Shown here piece after piece: positions 22,115-36,736 of a stretch of DNA of 64,000 nt. Source of the stretch: the human T2T-CHM13v2.0 reference genome, Homo sapiens. Below the pieces are notes generated by a model, which was not told where the DNA came from, ran no database searches, and saw only the letters and a program-made list of their open reading frames with translations. The translations under genes and the position numbers were made by a program. Each line of letters begins with the position of its first letter. Within the stretch, counting starts at the first letter, position 1. Location of the stretch: NCBI RefSeq assembly GCF_009914755.1, contig NC_060932.1; one strand, written 5' to 3'.

Positions 22115-25100
22115 GGCCGGCCTGTTTTTAAAAAGCCTCAGCAAATCAAGTGTACATTTGAGGTAAGAGTAATGAACAGTTTTGCCAGGGAGTAAGAGGA
22201 TATTAACTTTACCAAAGCATTAAATGCCCCCAAACTAAGTCAGACCCAGGGAGTAGATTTTGATGAAACAAAGGGCTTATCCCCAAGACAGGAATCCTCT
22301 ACCTCAACAGTGTCCATAAGGGGCTCCCTGTCTTAACAAGGTGCTAAGTGGGTGAAGCCACCAAAGCACCCTGAATGCTCACCCGTGCCCTTAGACATAG
22401 TAATCAAACCAGCATCTGACCGACTTGCCGGGCAGAAGCCATGGGCCTCCCAGGACTGTGCACAGAGAACGCGGGCCCCTCAGCACTACGGAACTGAGGG
22501 TGGGAAGCAGACACCACCAGGATGCATAGTCGCCCATGGCGTGGGCTGGGGTGAGACCGCTGGGAGGAGCCAGACTTGATGCTTTGCCCAGGGCGGCTGC
22601 GTGGTGGAGCTGCAGCTGCTGGGGAGCCCTGCCCCCTTCCTGGGCAGCTGAGAGGCACGTGTTCAGGCAGCAGGTGCAGCTGGGCCTGAGAGGCTACCAG
22701 GCCACCTCTCCCTCAGCCCCAAATGGCCAAGGGACCACCGGCAGCTACCCTGGTCCTCGCCCTGATCCTTGTGTTAGAAGCCACCTGCTGCTTGGATGGT
22801 CCCAGTGCCTGGGCCTTGTGGGTGCCTGGGAGCTGCCGGGTAGGTGCAGGCGCTGGGACAGGGCAAGGATGAGAGGCAGGCAGGAGGCAGCAGGTGGAGA
22901 GCTCTCTGGCCCTGGCCCCAATCCCACCACCCTGAGCTCACATCCTCAGGAAGGAGGGCATCACAGCGTGAAGCCGTGTGTGCGCAAGGTGCCTTCCACG
23001 GTGCAGGATGGGAGGAGCCGTATGCTCGTTGCTCCAGCAGCCTGACCCCCCAACATCCCCTGAGGCACTCTCATAGCCCCCTTCCCACAGCTGTCGGCTG
23101 GGGCTTATTATTTCCTGTGCCAGAGTCAGAGCCACCAGGAGCGCTGACTACAGCGGAGTGCCGAGCGGGGGTGAGGGAGGCCGGGTTACAGAGCTCCTCG
23201 GGGGATGGCGTGGTGGTGTCTCCAGGTGGCCACCTGGCTGCATGGGCTCCTGCCAGCCCCCTGGAACCAAGACCACCTGCCTCTGCAGGCCGCCTGCCCC
23301 AGTGGGAAGAGCATGTCTTCACCATGAAAACCTCCGTTTCCCATGACAGCACCCCTTAGCCACCAAGAGGCTCTGCCTGCTCAGGCCACTGGAGGTGATT
23401 GCTGATAAATTACAACCACGGTGGGGGGAGGTTGGGTCCTGGGATTGGGATTCCCTAGGGGTAGGGACAAGTGTCACACCTTTCTACATTCAGTGGGAAC
23501 TCACATCAGTCAGGGCAGGGCGCAGCTTGTGCCAAGGTGGCTGAAGAGTAGTGGACCAGGACTCTGTCACATCTGCCCTGGTCACTGACCCTTTGAGGCC
23601 CCATCTCCCCGTTTTCTACTTCTTAGCAACAGAACAGACTTTGCCAAAGCCCCGGGGTGGACAGTGGACGTGCCACGGTGCTGTGTGGGATCTCAGGTCA
23701 GGGCTTAGGCTGCTGGCAGGGGAGGTGGAGACGTGCACAGGCTGGGCGCCTGTGCCAGCCCCTCCCAGATATGTCCCTGGGACCCCACAGAGGCCCTGCT
23801 GACTCTACCCAACCACACTGGGGGAGCCTGTCCCCAGGCGTGAAGCCAGGACCCAGGCTCCACTCTGCTGTTCCAGCGCACTTCACCCCCTCCTCTCTCC
23901 CTGCCCACCTCAGCCCACCAAAACCTCCTCTCCCACTCCTAGGTGCTGACTGTCCCATTATGAGAAGTCAGTTTGGCTCTCTCTTTCCACATGTGAGGAA
24001 ACAGCCTCCGAGGCCTGGTGGGGGCAGGTCAGACAGCCCACCGAGCATGCCCCGCTCCATGGTCCTGCACCACGCTGGCAGCTGCCACACCTGGCTGCTG
24101 ACCTGAGAACACGCTGTGGCTTTCCACTAGACTGTAAGCTCCTGAAGTCTGTTTTACATTTATCCTCAAAGAAGGGGGCCGGGCTGGGCCCAGGCCAGTG
24201 ATCAAAGCATTACCCATGATCACTGCCCAATTCTTGTCTGTCCTAAGGCTCAATATCAAACTCACTCCCCTGGGGATGGGAGGGGCGAAGAGGAGAAGGA
24301 GAGGGAAGGTGAGCGAGGCCGGCTGGGAGGTGGGCTGGGCGCAGCCAGCACTGGTGGGGAATGCCTGCCATGCCTTGGTCTGTGCCCACGCAGCCGGGAG
24401 CTTCCACCCACCAGGAAAGGGAAATTGAAAGCATCCCCATCCGACATGTGAATACGGCCCAGAGACTGGGGATTAGAGGCCGAGCCCCTGCAGGGAGGCT
24501 GGGGGCGGTGGGGTGGCCATGTGGCCGTGATCTTCATCAGAGGACAGGAAAGCTGGAGTTTCCTGTTTCCGGTGCTGGGGTCCCTGGGAGCTTCTCTTCT
24601 GGCAAGAGGAAGCCAATGGGAAGAGGCTGTAGGCTGCGCGGTTTTATGTGGTTGCGGGAGATCGTATGTCAGCTGTGGGGATGCAGGGAGAAGCCAGCCA
24701 GGCAGGCCTGAGGGCTCATGCAGAGGTCAGCGGATCCGCTGCGGAGATGTGCGCCCCCTCTGCCACGCCCCCACCTTCCTGGCAGGTGGTGGGCCACCAG
24801 GGTGGTGGGAAGTGGCCGGGGTTTCTCTCCATTTGGGCTTCAGAAGCCAGGGATCAGATTTCAAGGGCGCCTTGCTGATACTGAAACTGAGGTGGGAGTC
24901 AGTTCCCCAGTTCTCTGAGTCCCTGCCTCATTCTACCAGCCATGGGTGCCTGTGGCAGCCTCTGTGTCCGTCTCTGGGACCCCTGTGGCCCTGGCACAGA
25001 AAAGCCCTCTGTGGGCAGGGTCTGCTCAGTCTATGTCCTTCCCAACCAGCCCTGAACAGTCTGTCCCGAAGCCCAGGACCAAAACCCACAGCCACGGAGC

Positions 25101-26197
25101 TCTTTCTGCACCCCAGCTCCCTACGCAACCCTGTGGCATGGGGCTGCGCTGTCCCCAGCAGGCAGGGGGTGGTGGATGCCCACTCTGGGGAGGCTGGGGG
25201 GCCAGGGCCGGAGCCGGAGGCACAGTCCCTTCCCTCCCTGCCTTCGCTGAGCCTCCACGGTCCTGGCTTAGAAACAAGAGCTTGCTAGGGTCAGGCGGGC
25301 CTTTTCCTAATCCCATACTTCAGGCCTGCACAGTCAACGAACAGCTCAGCAATCCGAAACACCAGGGGCTGCAGGATCAAAAACTGCTCCTCTCATTGCC
25401 GTGTGGGCCCTGGGCCAGGCCAGTGATAATTAGGCAGAGCCTCATTACCCGGCCCTGGCAAGGCACTGCCTGGGACCACCGCAGAAGAGGCAAGGAAGTG
25501 CAGCTGGGCGAACAGGAGCTTTCTAGGTCACAGCCTGCTCGAGAGAGGCCAGGGAAGATGAAGTGATTCGGGGCTTTAAGGCACGGCTCTGCCTGTTCCC
25601 CGCCCTGGGGACCGAGGGAATAGGCCTGTCTGATCACTGACCAGGGCCTGCCCAACAGAAGATGAGCCTCACAGAAGCATTCCTGACCCCAACAGGTCAC
25701 AAGCTAGGGGACCTTCCCGGGCCAGACCCCGCTGCCACGCCCCTCCCTGTGTGCGGCCACCCCCACGTTTCCAGAGCCGAGTGCTGCAGGCAGCTGCTCT
25801 CCCAAGCCGGCGGGGCAAGATGAAAGGCCTTGCTCATGTCCGCTGAGGGCTGGCCAAGATCTCTGCTAGCTCCATTCAGCAAGCCCTGGCCCCAGTGGCT
25901 CTCAATCAGGAGGAAGCGGTCAAATGACCACCAGAACAGCGGCGGTTGCTGGGTGGGGTGGGAAGGGGGTGGTGGCAGGGGTACCCTGAGCTCGCCTGGG
26001 CCATGTGGGTACTCTGGAGCCCCCAGGAGCATGGACGCTTAGGCCACAGGTCACAGAGCTGACGTCCCCACTGAGTTTCCCGTCAGGCCCCATGGGAATC
26101 TGGGGACAGGCAGCTAGAAATCCTCTTCAGTCCCCAAGTGGCCGCTGACCTGCCTCTCCCATAAGTGCCCCGAGGCCCCCAGGTGACATTTACTCAC

Positions 26198-26238
26198 TTT
26201 TTTAAGGGCTCGATCACAGTCTTCTGGATCTGGTTCAC
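26198..26238 (-). CDS. BIN3: BIN3 exon 6 (VNQIQKTVIEPLK)
   Basis: tgacag| acceptor, AAA|GTGAGT donor. Confidence 0.96.
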
Positions 26239-26675
26239 CTGTCAAAGAAAAACCCAAAGACATTAAAACTGGTGGGGAGGGGAGGGCGACACGCAAGGCA
26301 GGGCCCCTAACTACCAAAGGGCTAGGAAGTCTAAAGGGCCACAGGGTGCTGTCCTTGTCCTGGGCCTGGCTTTGCTCAGGGTGGAGGCCGGGTGGCTGGC
26401 CACAGAAGCCTCAGGGGCTGGGGTGAACAGGACTGCCGCCGGCAACCCTCACAGTAAGTAACATGAGCTCGTGGAGCCTCAGGAGGCAGGTAGAGCCAAG
26501 GCAGAACAGTCTGGAAAGAGCCCTGTGGGCTTGCAGCACCTTGCAGCACACGAGGCCAGAGGGCTTAGAGCCCTGAGAGCAGAGGGAGCCCACTCGGGCC
26601 TCCCCGCACAGTCCACCCAGAGGCCCAGACCGGGCAGAAGTCATGCTTGCCCACCCCACACCAAGACCTAGTCAC

Positions 26676-26812
26676 CTTTTCCTGATTGAAGGCATCCATC
26701 CGCTTCATGGCCGTGTCCAGGGCCGTCACCATGTTCAGAAGGTCCTGGTCTTGCTCACAGAGGGGATTGGAGAGTAAGTCCAAGGATATCTTCACGGCAG
26801 ATTTTGACATGG
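26676..26812 (-). CDS. BIN3: BIN3 exon 5 (MSKSAVKIS...FNQEK)
   Basis: ccacag| acceptor, AAG|GTGACT donor. Confidence 0.97.
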
Positions 26813-27054
26813 CTGTGGGAAGCCAAAGCTCGGTGAACCTTCTATGAAGGGGCAGGTTTCACGGCCTTCTCTCCAGGACCCCGTCCTCCTATGCCAGGGG
26901 CCTGCACCCTGAAGACCTCTTCCCACAGCCACGGCCGTCAAGAACGGCGAAGTACCACACAACCACAAGCTGCTGATCCCCATGGTTTAATGTTCATTCC
27001 TGACCCTAACACTGCTCCAGACAATTCTTTTGAGCCGCTTTACCTGTTCTCCAA

Positions 27055-27207
27055 ACCCTGGGTTAGAAAAGGACCATCTGGGTGGGAGGCTATAAAATAT
27101 GTTTCTGGCTCCAAAGATTCTAATTCAGTAAACCCGGTACCCAAGAATATGCATTTAAAACCGCTCTCCAAGTGGTTTGGACGTGATGCTTGGTTTGGGA
27201 CTCCTGG
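27055..27207. mobile_element. MER5-like hAT-Charlie fragment
   Basis: agattctaattcagta...cccaagaatatgcattt...ggtttgggactcctg. Confidence 0.55.
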
Positions 27208-27239
27208 ATGGACAAGAATAACAGTACTCCAGTTTACAC

Positions 27240-27441
27240 ATGCTTTTACTACAAAAGGCCCAACAGTAAATATTTCAGGCTTCGTGGGCCATACAATTTC
27301 TGTTGCAACTTCTCAACTCTGCCTTGTGCTGTGAAAACTGCCAGCGACAACACATAAAAAAAGGGATGTGGCTGTTTCAATAAAACTTTATTGACAAAAC
27401 TAGGTCAGATTAGGCCAGCAGCTGCACCCTGCCAACCCCTG
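27240..27441 (+). mobile_element. MER58A-like hAT-Charlie element
   Basis: aaaggcccaacagtaaatatttcaggcttcgtgggccata...gtttcaataaaactttatt...tgccaacccctg. Confidence 0.85.
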
Positions 27442-27449
27442 GTTTCCTC

Positions 27450-28280
27450 AATATCCAGTAGGAAGAGATACGCTGGAAAATGTGTTTTCCCCCAAGACTC
27501 GCCCAGACACACACTGCAGCTGGTACAGGCGGGACTGGGACAGCAGGGCCCTCCTCCCGGGTCTGTTCCTGCTCCCCCAGAATTTTGTTTGTAAATAATG
27601 GAAACCTGGGGACTTGTACGGGACAAAGAGCTCCAAAGCTGCCAGCAGGTCCCCATCTTGGGGTTCTGCCAAGGTTCCCATGCACTCTCATTTAGGGCTC
27701 AAACAACCCAGGGGATGTCTAGCGGAAATGTAGTTTGGTTCCATTTTAGCGAGGAGGCAGATTAGGCGCAAAAGGGTTTGTAATGCCTCCAAGGTCAAAC
27801 GGCTGAGTGCGCCAGCCGGGCCCTGACCCTTGACCCTGGGCAGCTGCTTCCCTGTTCACTGCTCTCCTTCTGATCTGGCCTAGAGGAAGCCAGTGGACAG
27901 GTCCATCAGGCTCTGTCCATCAGGCATCCACTGACGTTTTTCAAGGCACCCTGGTACCGGATCCCCACGAATGTGCCGCCCACCCCTCTGTGCTCCTCCC
28001 TCCTGTGTTGACATTCCCTGCTGGGCAGATGGGAAGCCTGGGAGTCACAGGCGGCTCAGAGGCGGGCTGGAGACCTGCTGGCAGCTTTGGAGCTCTTGGT
28101 CCTGAACATGTTTTCAGGCCTCCATTATTTCTAGATTCTAGAAACAAAATTCTGGAGGGGCAGGAAGCGGCCCTGGAGAAGGGTCATGCTGGCCTGATGC
28201 CGTCTGTACCAGTGTCAGAGTGCATCTGGGGCAGGTCTCAGGAGAGAAGACACATTGCGAATGCATTTCTTACCATATGC
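27450..28280. repeat. Long imperfect non-Alu inverted repeat (arms ~27450-27651 and ~28072-28280)
   Basis: 27626-27651 is the exact reverse complement of 28072-28097, with further co-linear anchors outward. Confidence 0.92.
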
Positions 28281-28810
28281 ATGTTACTGAATTTAAGATG
28301 CTCTTCATTATAAGTCACTTATTGTATGAACTACTAAGGGAGAAAAAATTGTTGTCAATCAAACCAGGCTACACTTTCAGTACTTTGATTTCAGAGACGT
28401 TAACTGTGGAAAAAGTGTCTTAGGACCCATGACATAAGGTCTGCCTCCCAGTTAATCACAGATGTGGCCTTGCCTAGCACTCCATGGCATGAACCTGAAC
28501 CCTGACCCTGCGCTCCCCGGGGAAGGGTCTGCCTCCGCCAGGCCCCTTCACCAGTCAGCAAAGCAGCGCTGAGCGGACTAGCCAGCCCGGAGCACCCTCC
28601 TGGGGTTTTTCTGGAATCTGGGAGAGTGCTACAGTCAACCAGCAAAAGGGCAAACTGTGGGAGAAGGCTGGAAATGTAAACTTTCCAGAAATGTTGAAGC
28701 AACGGAGGGAAAAACACCTCTTAAATTCTGTGGAGTGACTCTGTAGATTTAGGAACAAACGTTACGTATAACTTGATTTGATTATGAAATGATCACATAC
28801 AGCATAATAA

Positions 28811-29269
<459 letters not shown>

Positions 29270-29314
29270 TAAAGCTCTTGCATTGTCAGGAAGTCAAGGA
29301 ACTGAGTGGGCTCA

Positions 29315-29557
<243 letters not shown>

Positions 29558-29911
29558 AGCAGGTCTCCATGCCCCTCTGGACCTGTGGTCCCTGCCCCAG
29601 CCCATACCCCTCATTGTTCCCTGCAGGGACTGGGAGAGGGGCACAGTCAGCCTGGCCCACACCAGGAGGCTGGTGATCTTTGAACCTTAGAGAAAGTGAG
29701 GGTCTTGGACCCCACCCGGGTCTCTGGAGTCCTGATGCGGCCTCTGGAATGTAAGATTCAAAGATTCACCAGAGCACTCTGAAAGTAGTATGAGTTTCTG
29801 AAAGAAAGGTCATCTTTTTTAGAATAACTGGGGATTTTCCACCTTGCTGGGGGAGCGCAGGAGATTCCACGCTCAGGAAAAGCATCCCTCCATTCCCCTC
29901 AACTGTCCAGA

Positions 29912-30075
29912 TCAGTGGAGCTCACAGTGTGGGCCTCAGCATCACCTGGGAACTCCAGGGACACACATTTTCAGGTCTCGCCCAGCTCATGAGTTAGTTG
30001 GAGGCTGGAGGTGGGGCCCAGCGGCCCACGGCACAGCAAGCCCGCCTACAACACTGATGCCCCGTACATGAGACT
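29912..30075. mobile_element. MER5A-like fragment
   Basis: cagtggagctcacagtgtgggcc..cagcatcacctgggaact..ctggaggtggggccca. Confidence 0.6.
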
Positions 30076-32760
30076 GATGTGGCTGTCAGGCTCGCCTTGG
30101 CCCCATGACCACCACCACCACTCTTCAGAGGCACTGTCTCTGCCCACATCCATTCCTGACTGAGGACAGTAGTGTTAGGCTTCTGCAGTTACCCATTCAA
30201 CTCTGGTTTCTCTGCTGGAAAACTAAGCTTTCCACAGCCACGGACGGTGCGTCACGGACCCCTGATGCCCTCCTTGGTTCCGTAGCAAGCCACTGTGAAC
30301 ACAGCACACCCTGGCTTCGTTTATGCTCTGACAATGCAGCTGTCGGCAGAAGCAGGAAGGAAAGGAAGCAATGGCTCACAGCAGCTCCCGAACTGGAAAG
30401 GCAGTGGGGACCGATCAAGAAAAATGCGACCCAAGTAACTCAGACCTGAAATAACTACAAAACAAACAACTGCAGACAAACTCCCAAATCCAGTCCTTGG
30501 CTTGTGACACACATAGTTTGGCAACGCTAGAGGCCAGGAGCAAGGTGCATGTTCAGACCAGCCCACGGCCCAGGAATTAGCACTGGCATGAAAATTCATG
30601 GCACAGACCAAGACGGCCACAGTCCCTGCACAGGCAGTCAGCGCTCACCCGGGCATGGTGGTGGTGACGGCGGCTCCCAGGGAAGGAACGCTTTCCTTTT
30701 GTTATCAGTGCTTTGTAGGAAAGGTGTGTTTACACATCAGTAACTGGCTGAGGCTTAGGAGCTGGCATAAAATGAGAACAAATTCAAATCACTGCCTCTA
30801 TTGGGACATTTCAAGGGTTTTCCTCTTAACTGCAGTACCAAGTAGGAGCACGCTGGTCCTCAAGTCCCACCCGTAGGTGCCCACTGCCCTGTGGCCCTTT
30901 GAATGGTGTCAGGAGACAGTGAGGCCGCCCCATTTGCACTAGGCTCACAGACAGCCAAGCAAAGAGTGGATGGGCAACGGTTCCGGAGTGGGGGCTGTTT
31001 CGGTCACCTTCTAGTTTGGTGGCGGGCACGGGGGTGGGCAAAGGAATGAGTGGGGCATGGGGAGGCTTCGCTGTGGAGACAAGGCCCTGGACTTGGAGAA
31101 GAGGAGCTGAACTCTTCCTCCTTTATCAAATGGACATGCCCATTTATAAAATGGGTGTGTCATGTGCCCTGCCAATCTCAAGGTCAGAAAAGCTCAGGGA
31201 GGTGAAATTTCTTCACAGCCATAACATGGCATTATTCAGCAGCTGGAGTGGCCGAGGGGACTGAAGATGGCTTCTCCACCCTCCTGCTGCCTCTCCTGCA
31301 TCTCTGGTCAGCGTGCACCACCTTAGGGCCTCCGCGCTTGCTGTCCACTGTGTTTCAGGCCCTCTTCCCTTGGCTCTACCTGTGTGGGTTATTCATTCCT
31401 TCAGGACTCTGCCCAGGGATCACGTCCCCACGAAGGCCTCCCTTGACCCTGTCACTCTCCACCTCCTTATTTTTATTGACCTTGCACGCCACGACGTGTC
31501 ATTATATACCGATCCGCTTGTGGACCTCTTGCAGGTCTTCCTCCTAGAACGTAAGCTCCCATCTTGTCTTGCTGTTGAGTCTCTAGTGCTGAGAGTGCCT
31601 GGTGCACGTGGGTTCTCGGTCAGCATCTGCTGAGTGAGAGGAAGTGGGCAGTCCTGGCCATACCCAAGTCTCTTTCAGGTCCTCGTCCCAGTGTGGTATA
31701 TAGACACGGCTTCCCCACTGGACCCAGGGAAGGAGCTGCAGGAGTCCACCCAGTCAGGGAGGCTTGCTGCCGACCATGACGACGGTGATGACAGGAGCGG
31801 ACACCCCGAGAGCTGACCCGTGCCAGGCCCTGTTCTCAGTGCTTTATGTTGCTCATCCAACTTCATCTTCAGCAACAGCCTGTGCCACTCGGATTGGCGT
31901 TACCTGTGCTTCTCGGGTGACGGAACTGAGGTAGAGCTAAGTCAGCTGTCCAGAGCTGCGCAGGGAGTGCTGAAGCTATTGATCAACCTTTGGTCAAGTG
32001 CTTGCTGCTCCGGGGTGGGAAAGTCAAGGCCTTGGAGAAAGAACCTCAAGGAATGGTCTCCATCTCTCCCGGTTGCTCGTCGCCTCCTTCCTGGGACATG
32101 GCCTGCAGCAAGGGCTCTGGATGCTCCCTTATTCCCGACCTGCTTGTGTCTCTAGGCTCCCAGGCCTGGTTCCTCCTTGTTTCAAACAAGAGCTCTCCAG
32201 CCAAGAAACCTCCCCAAGGGCCCTGGCTGTTTCCCAGCACCTGCTGGCCCCCACTTCCCAAGGACCTCCCGGTGCCCTTTGTCATCATAGAATTATCTGG
32301 GGTATTTCTGGCCTTACACTTTAACCCAACCTCCTGTTTAAACACATGACAGCTTCCATTCTTGTTGCCACTGGAGCGCCTGTCCCAGCAGGCCACGGAG
32401 TCTCGTTTCTGCGGGAAGGAATGTGCTTCCCTTTCCCTCTGGACAGCCTGAGCCGGTGGCCAGGATTCTGAGGCAATGGAGGCATCTGCTACCAGAAGCT
32501 TCCACCAGCTGCTGTACTGTCCTGACTGGAGTCCCAGGAGAGCCTTGCCCCAGCACCCACATCCAGAGTGGGGCAGTGCGAGCTCTGTGCAAAGTGGGAT
32601 GTGACTGGTGAGGAGTGACTGCCCTGAGGCTGCTTCTCAGGACACTGGGTACACGTCCTCTGAGCGCAGCAACTTCAGAGCCCTTGGGGGGCTGAGAGAG
32701 GAGGGTGCCCACCTCTGCCCCACCTGCTCAAGCGAGTGGTGCGGGTGGAAAGTCACCTAC

Positions 32761-32822
32761 CCAGGTCTGCGTCGGTGCTCTTCTTCATGTCTTTCTGCAG
32801 CCTCCGGGTCTGCTCTTCCAGC
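32761..32822 (-). CDS. BIN3: BIN3 exon 4 (LEEQTRRLQKDMKKSTDADL)
   Basis: ttgcag| acceptor, TGG|GTAGGT donor. Confidence 0.96.
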
Positions 32823-33157
32823 CTGCAAGGCAGGGGACGGGCTGCTTGGGGTCCCCTTCCTTCCCCCTACCTGAGCGAAGCCCAGGTGCTCTGGAGGGCC
32901 TGCCAAGGAGGAGGAGAAAGGGATCTTCTCCACGGGGACTTTTCCCGCTGACTGAAGTGCCACTACACCCAAAGGCTATGAGTGAATGACTCTCACATGG
33001 CCATTGCCAGGGAACAGTTCCAGCAGCCTGGTGACCTGAGCTGCCCTCAGCTTCCAGGGTGCTCACGGGGCAGGGCACGGGGCAGACAGGTGAGACCTGG
33101 CAGGGGGCCCTTGTCCCTCCCTGCCTCCCACCTCATCTTTCTGGGGTTGACACTCAC

Positions 33158-33198
33158 TGCTGAAGTTTTCCATACTCCCTTTCAAAGTCTCTCTCCAC
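33158..33198 (-). CDS. BIN3: BIN3 exon 3 (VERDFEREYGKLQ)
   Basis: tttcag| acceptor, GCA|GTGAGT donor. Confidence 0.96.
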
Positions 33199-35467
33199 CT
33201 GAAACGAGAGAGATAACTCAATTATCGGAGAAATGACAACACGGTGGAAAAAACCTCCCAGCCTCCTGAAACTCTCTCCACACCCTGCCCCAGTCCGCAG
33301 AAAACAACATGGTCCAGTTCACACAAGCACCGACAGATCGCTCCTGACACGGTATTTCTGAGATCCCAAGTTAATTAAGTGTTTGAATTACGGAGGAAGG
33401 CTCCCCTCCCAGAGGGTCCAGCCAGGCAGGTGCCAGCGGACTGTGGCTCTGCTCTTCCCAGCTGGGAGCAAGGCACTCGCTGCATGCCCTCCTCACCCCA
33501 GGCTGGAGGCAGTCAGGGTGCTCAGAACGTGACTGGACCCCATCCAGGAAGGCAGCAGAGTGCAGAGGAGAGGGCGGGTCTGGAATTGGGGGTCTGTCTC
33601 TGCCTTTTCCTAGTTTCCAGGTCCATGCAGGGCACCTCCCCTCCTACGCGGCCCTCCACTCAGGGCCACCTGCCCCTGCTGGGCTCAGGGTGGGTCAGGA
33701 ACAATCGTGCACCTGTGCTTTGTGATTGGGATGCATCAAACACAGACACTGTGACTACTGACTCAGGTCAGGCTCTCTCCATTCCCGACCGGGTATCAAC
33801 TCTCTTGAGAGCCAGCAACACTGAAACCAAATGGGTGAGTCCTGAACCCGGGGCTGCACTTGTTGCGGAAGATGAAGTTAAGAAGTCTAGTACTTTCTTC
33901 TGGTGCCTTGACTTCACTATCTGTAAAACGGAGCCTCATGATTGGTCTCTTATGGGCATGCAATGGGAAGTAAATGACATCGAGAGGCAAAGGAGACTAA
34001 GCTAGAGGCCTGCCCTCCCTGGCCAGAGCTGCAGCCGTCAGGTGCCAGCTTCGGGCTTCGTGCTCTGAGAAGTCAAAACCGCTAACTCACATTCACAGAG
34101 CCCTCACTGTGTGCTTTACAAGAATGCAGTTCTCTACACTCATCTCCAAGGCAGGTCACCGGGAACCAGGTTACGTACCCTGGCCAAGGTCACCCCATTG
34201 GTGAGGGGTAGAGTTGAGCACAGTGGGAATGGAACCCAGGCAGCCTGGCTCCACAGCCTGTGTTCGTAACCATCATTCTCCTGGAAGGCATTTGCTGACC
34301 CAAGAAAAGTCTTCCTGGCTGCTCCCTGGGAATCCTGTCCCCAAGAGCCCTAGATCCTGACTTCTGCTCTGAGGGTCAGGGAGTACACATCTGCAGAAAC
34401 TGTCAAAGCCACGCTATTCCTACCACTGTCTTCCAGCAACGCTGACCTGATGAGAGAATTCTAAGCCCCTTAACCTTAGCACTCCACGTTTGGATTTAGA
34501 TTAATTCAACATAGCCCTGGAATGACAAAACAGCATTTATGCTACAAATGAGGAGCCCGAAGCCCAGAGACAGGAGTGACTTCCCTAAGGATGCAGGACA
34601 TTCTGGTGGCAATGCAAGGCTAGAATCCAGAGTCCTGGTTCAGGTCTTTTTGTTTCAAATTTAAACAACATTCATTCCTACGAACATGTATGAGCACCTA
34701 TTAAGTGCGATGCATTCTGCCAGGTTCTGGGGATACCCTGGTGATTCAAACAGACATGGGCCCTGGTGATGGAGATAAACAACTGCCAGATACAAATTTA
34801 CTTGCTGACTATGATGGGCCTTTTGGACAGCAGGAATGAGGCCAGAGAGAGTTGAACACAGAGTCTGCTTAGCTCTGGCTCTCTGGGCATGACAACAGAC
34901 TCACTGCATGGAGATAGCTTACCTTCCTCATTTCAACTGTAAAATCCAGAAGCAGGAAAAAAATGATCTTTTCCTTACTTTATGATCCTAGCATCTAGAA
35001 CCTTCCACAAAACTGTGAAGTAAAACCCACCATTGGTGCCCCCGCCTCCCATCCTACAATCTTTCTTCCTCTTTTCAACAGACTCTTTCTCCATCCAGGA
35101 ACCCACTATTTTTATCATTACTTACCTTAGGATCCAGCAAAAGCTACTCGTAAGAAAAAAATTCAAAAATCACTCCCACTAAAGCACAAATGCTTGATGA
35201 GCATTTAAAGTGTTGCCTGTCCCAGGGGATTTACAAGTTTGCAGGAACCAAAGTCTTAGCTAAAGGAACGGAAAGACTCTGGTGTAACTGCAGGTGGGAA
35301 ATTTGCTTTGGTGTGAAGGAGCCTCGCCAGGGCCCTTGAAAGTCTGTACTTTGGTGTCAGCCTGGTTTTCTCCAGCAGGGCTGGAAGAATGCAGTTTAGA
35401 GGCATGAGCAGAGACAGGTAAGATATGAACTCTGATACTAGCTGTGGAGACTTGATAGTACTAAGCA

Positions 35468-35765
35468 TTTTTTTTTTTTTTTTGAGACAGGGTTTTGCTC
35501 TGTTGCCCAGGCTGGAATGCGATGGTGGCATCATGGCTCACTGCAGCCTTGACCTTCTAGGCTCAAGCAATACTTCTGTCTCAGCCTCCTGCATAGCTGG
35601 GACTATAGGCATATGCCATTATGCCTGGCTAATTTTTTAAATTTTAGTGGAGACGGGATTTTGCTATGTTGCCTAGGCTTGTCTTGAGCTCCTGGCCTCA
35701 AGTGATCCTCTTGCATTGGCCTCCCAAAGTGCTGGGATTACAGGTTTAAGCCACCTCACCCAGCC
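35468..35765 (-). mobile_element. AluJ
   Basis: Antisense dimer with the J-type ctgcagccttgacc. Confidence 0.9.
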
Positions 35766-36089
35766 AACTTTAGGTGGCTTACGAGGAAATAGCTGATATC
35801 ATCTACCCCAGTGGTTCCTTTTGAGGATTAAGAGGCAGTGCGTGTAGAGCAGATTGCAAGGTGCCTGGCCCATGGCAGTCCTCACTAAATGTTAGTTTCT
35901 GTGTTTTTCTCCTGCTCACTGGGGTGCTGGGAAGACCAGAGCAATTTGGGGCTGCAGGCTGGGCTATAAACCTGGGCTATAAGCTGCCCCAAGCACACAG
36001 GAAACTAGCAGCCAGGGAAACCCTGATGTTGGTTAAGGGTGGAGTCCCATGCTTGGGTGTTGTGATAATGCCCTAGCTCCCTTTACTAG

Positions 36090-36736
<647 letters not shown>

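Noticed and set aside
24521-25566. 255-aa and 206-aa + strand ORFs antisense to BIN3 intron 6 (also 18863-19504, 33379-34005)
   Set aside because: Mostly non-ATG starts in GC-rich DNA, with no domain similarity or exon structure; consistent with chance.
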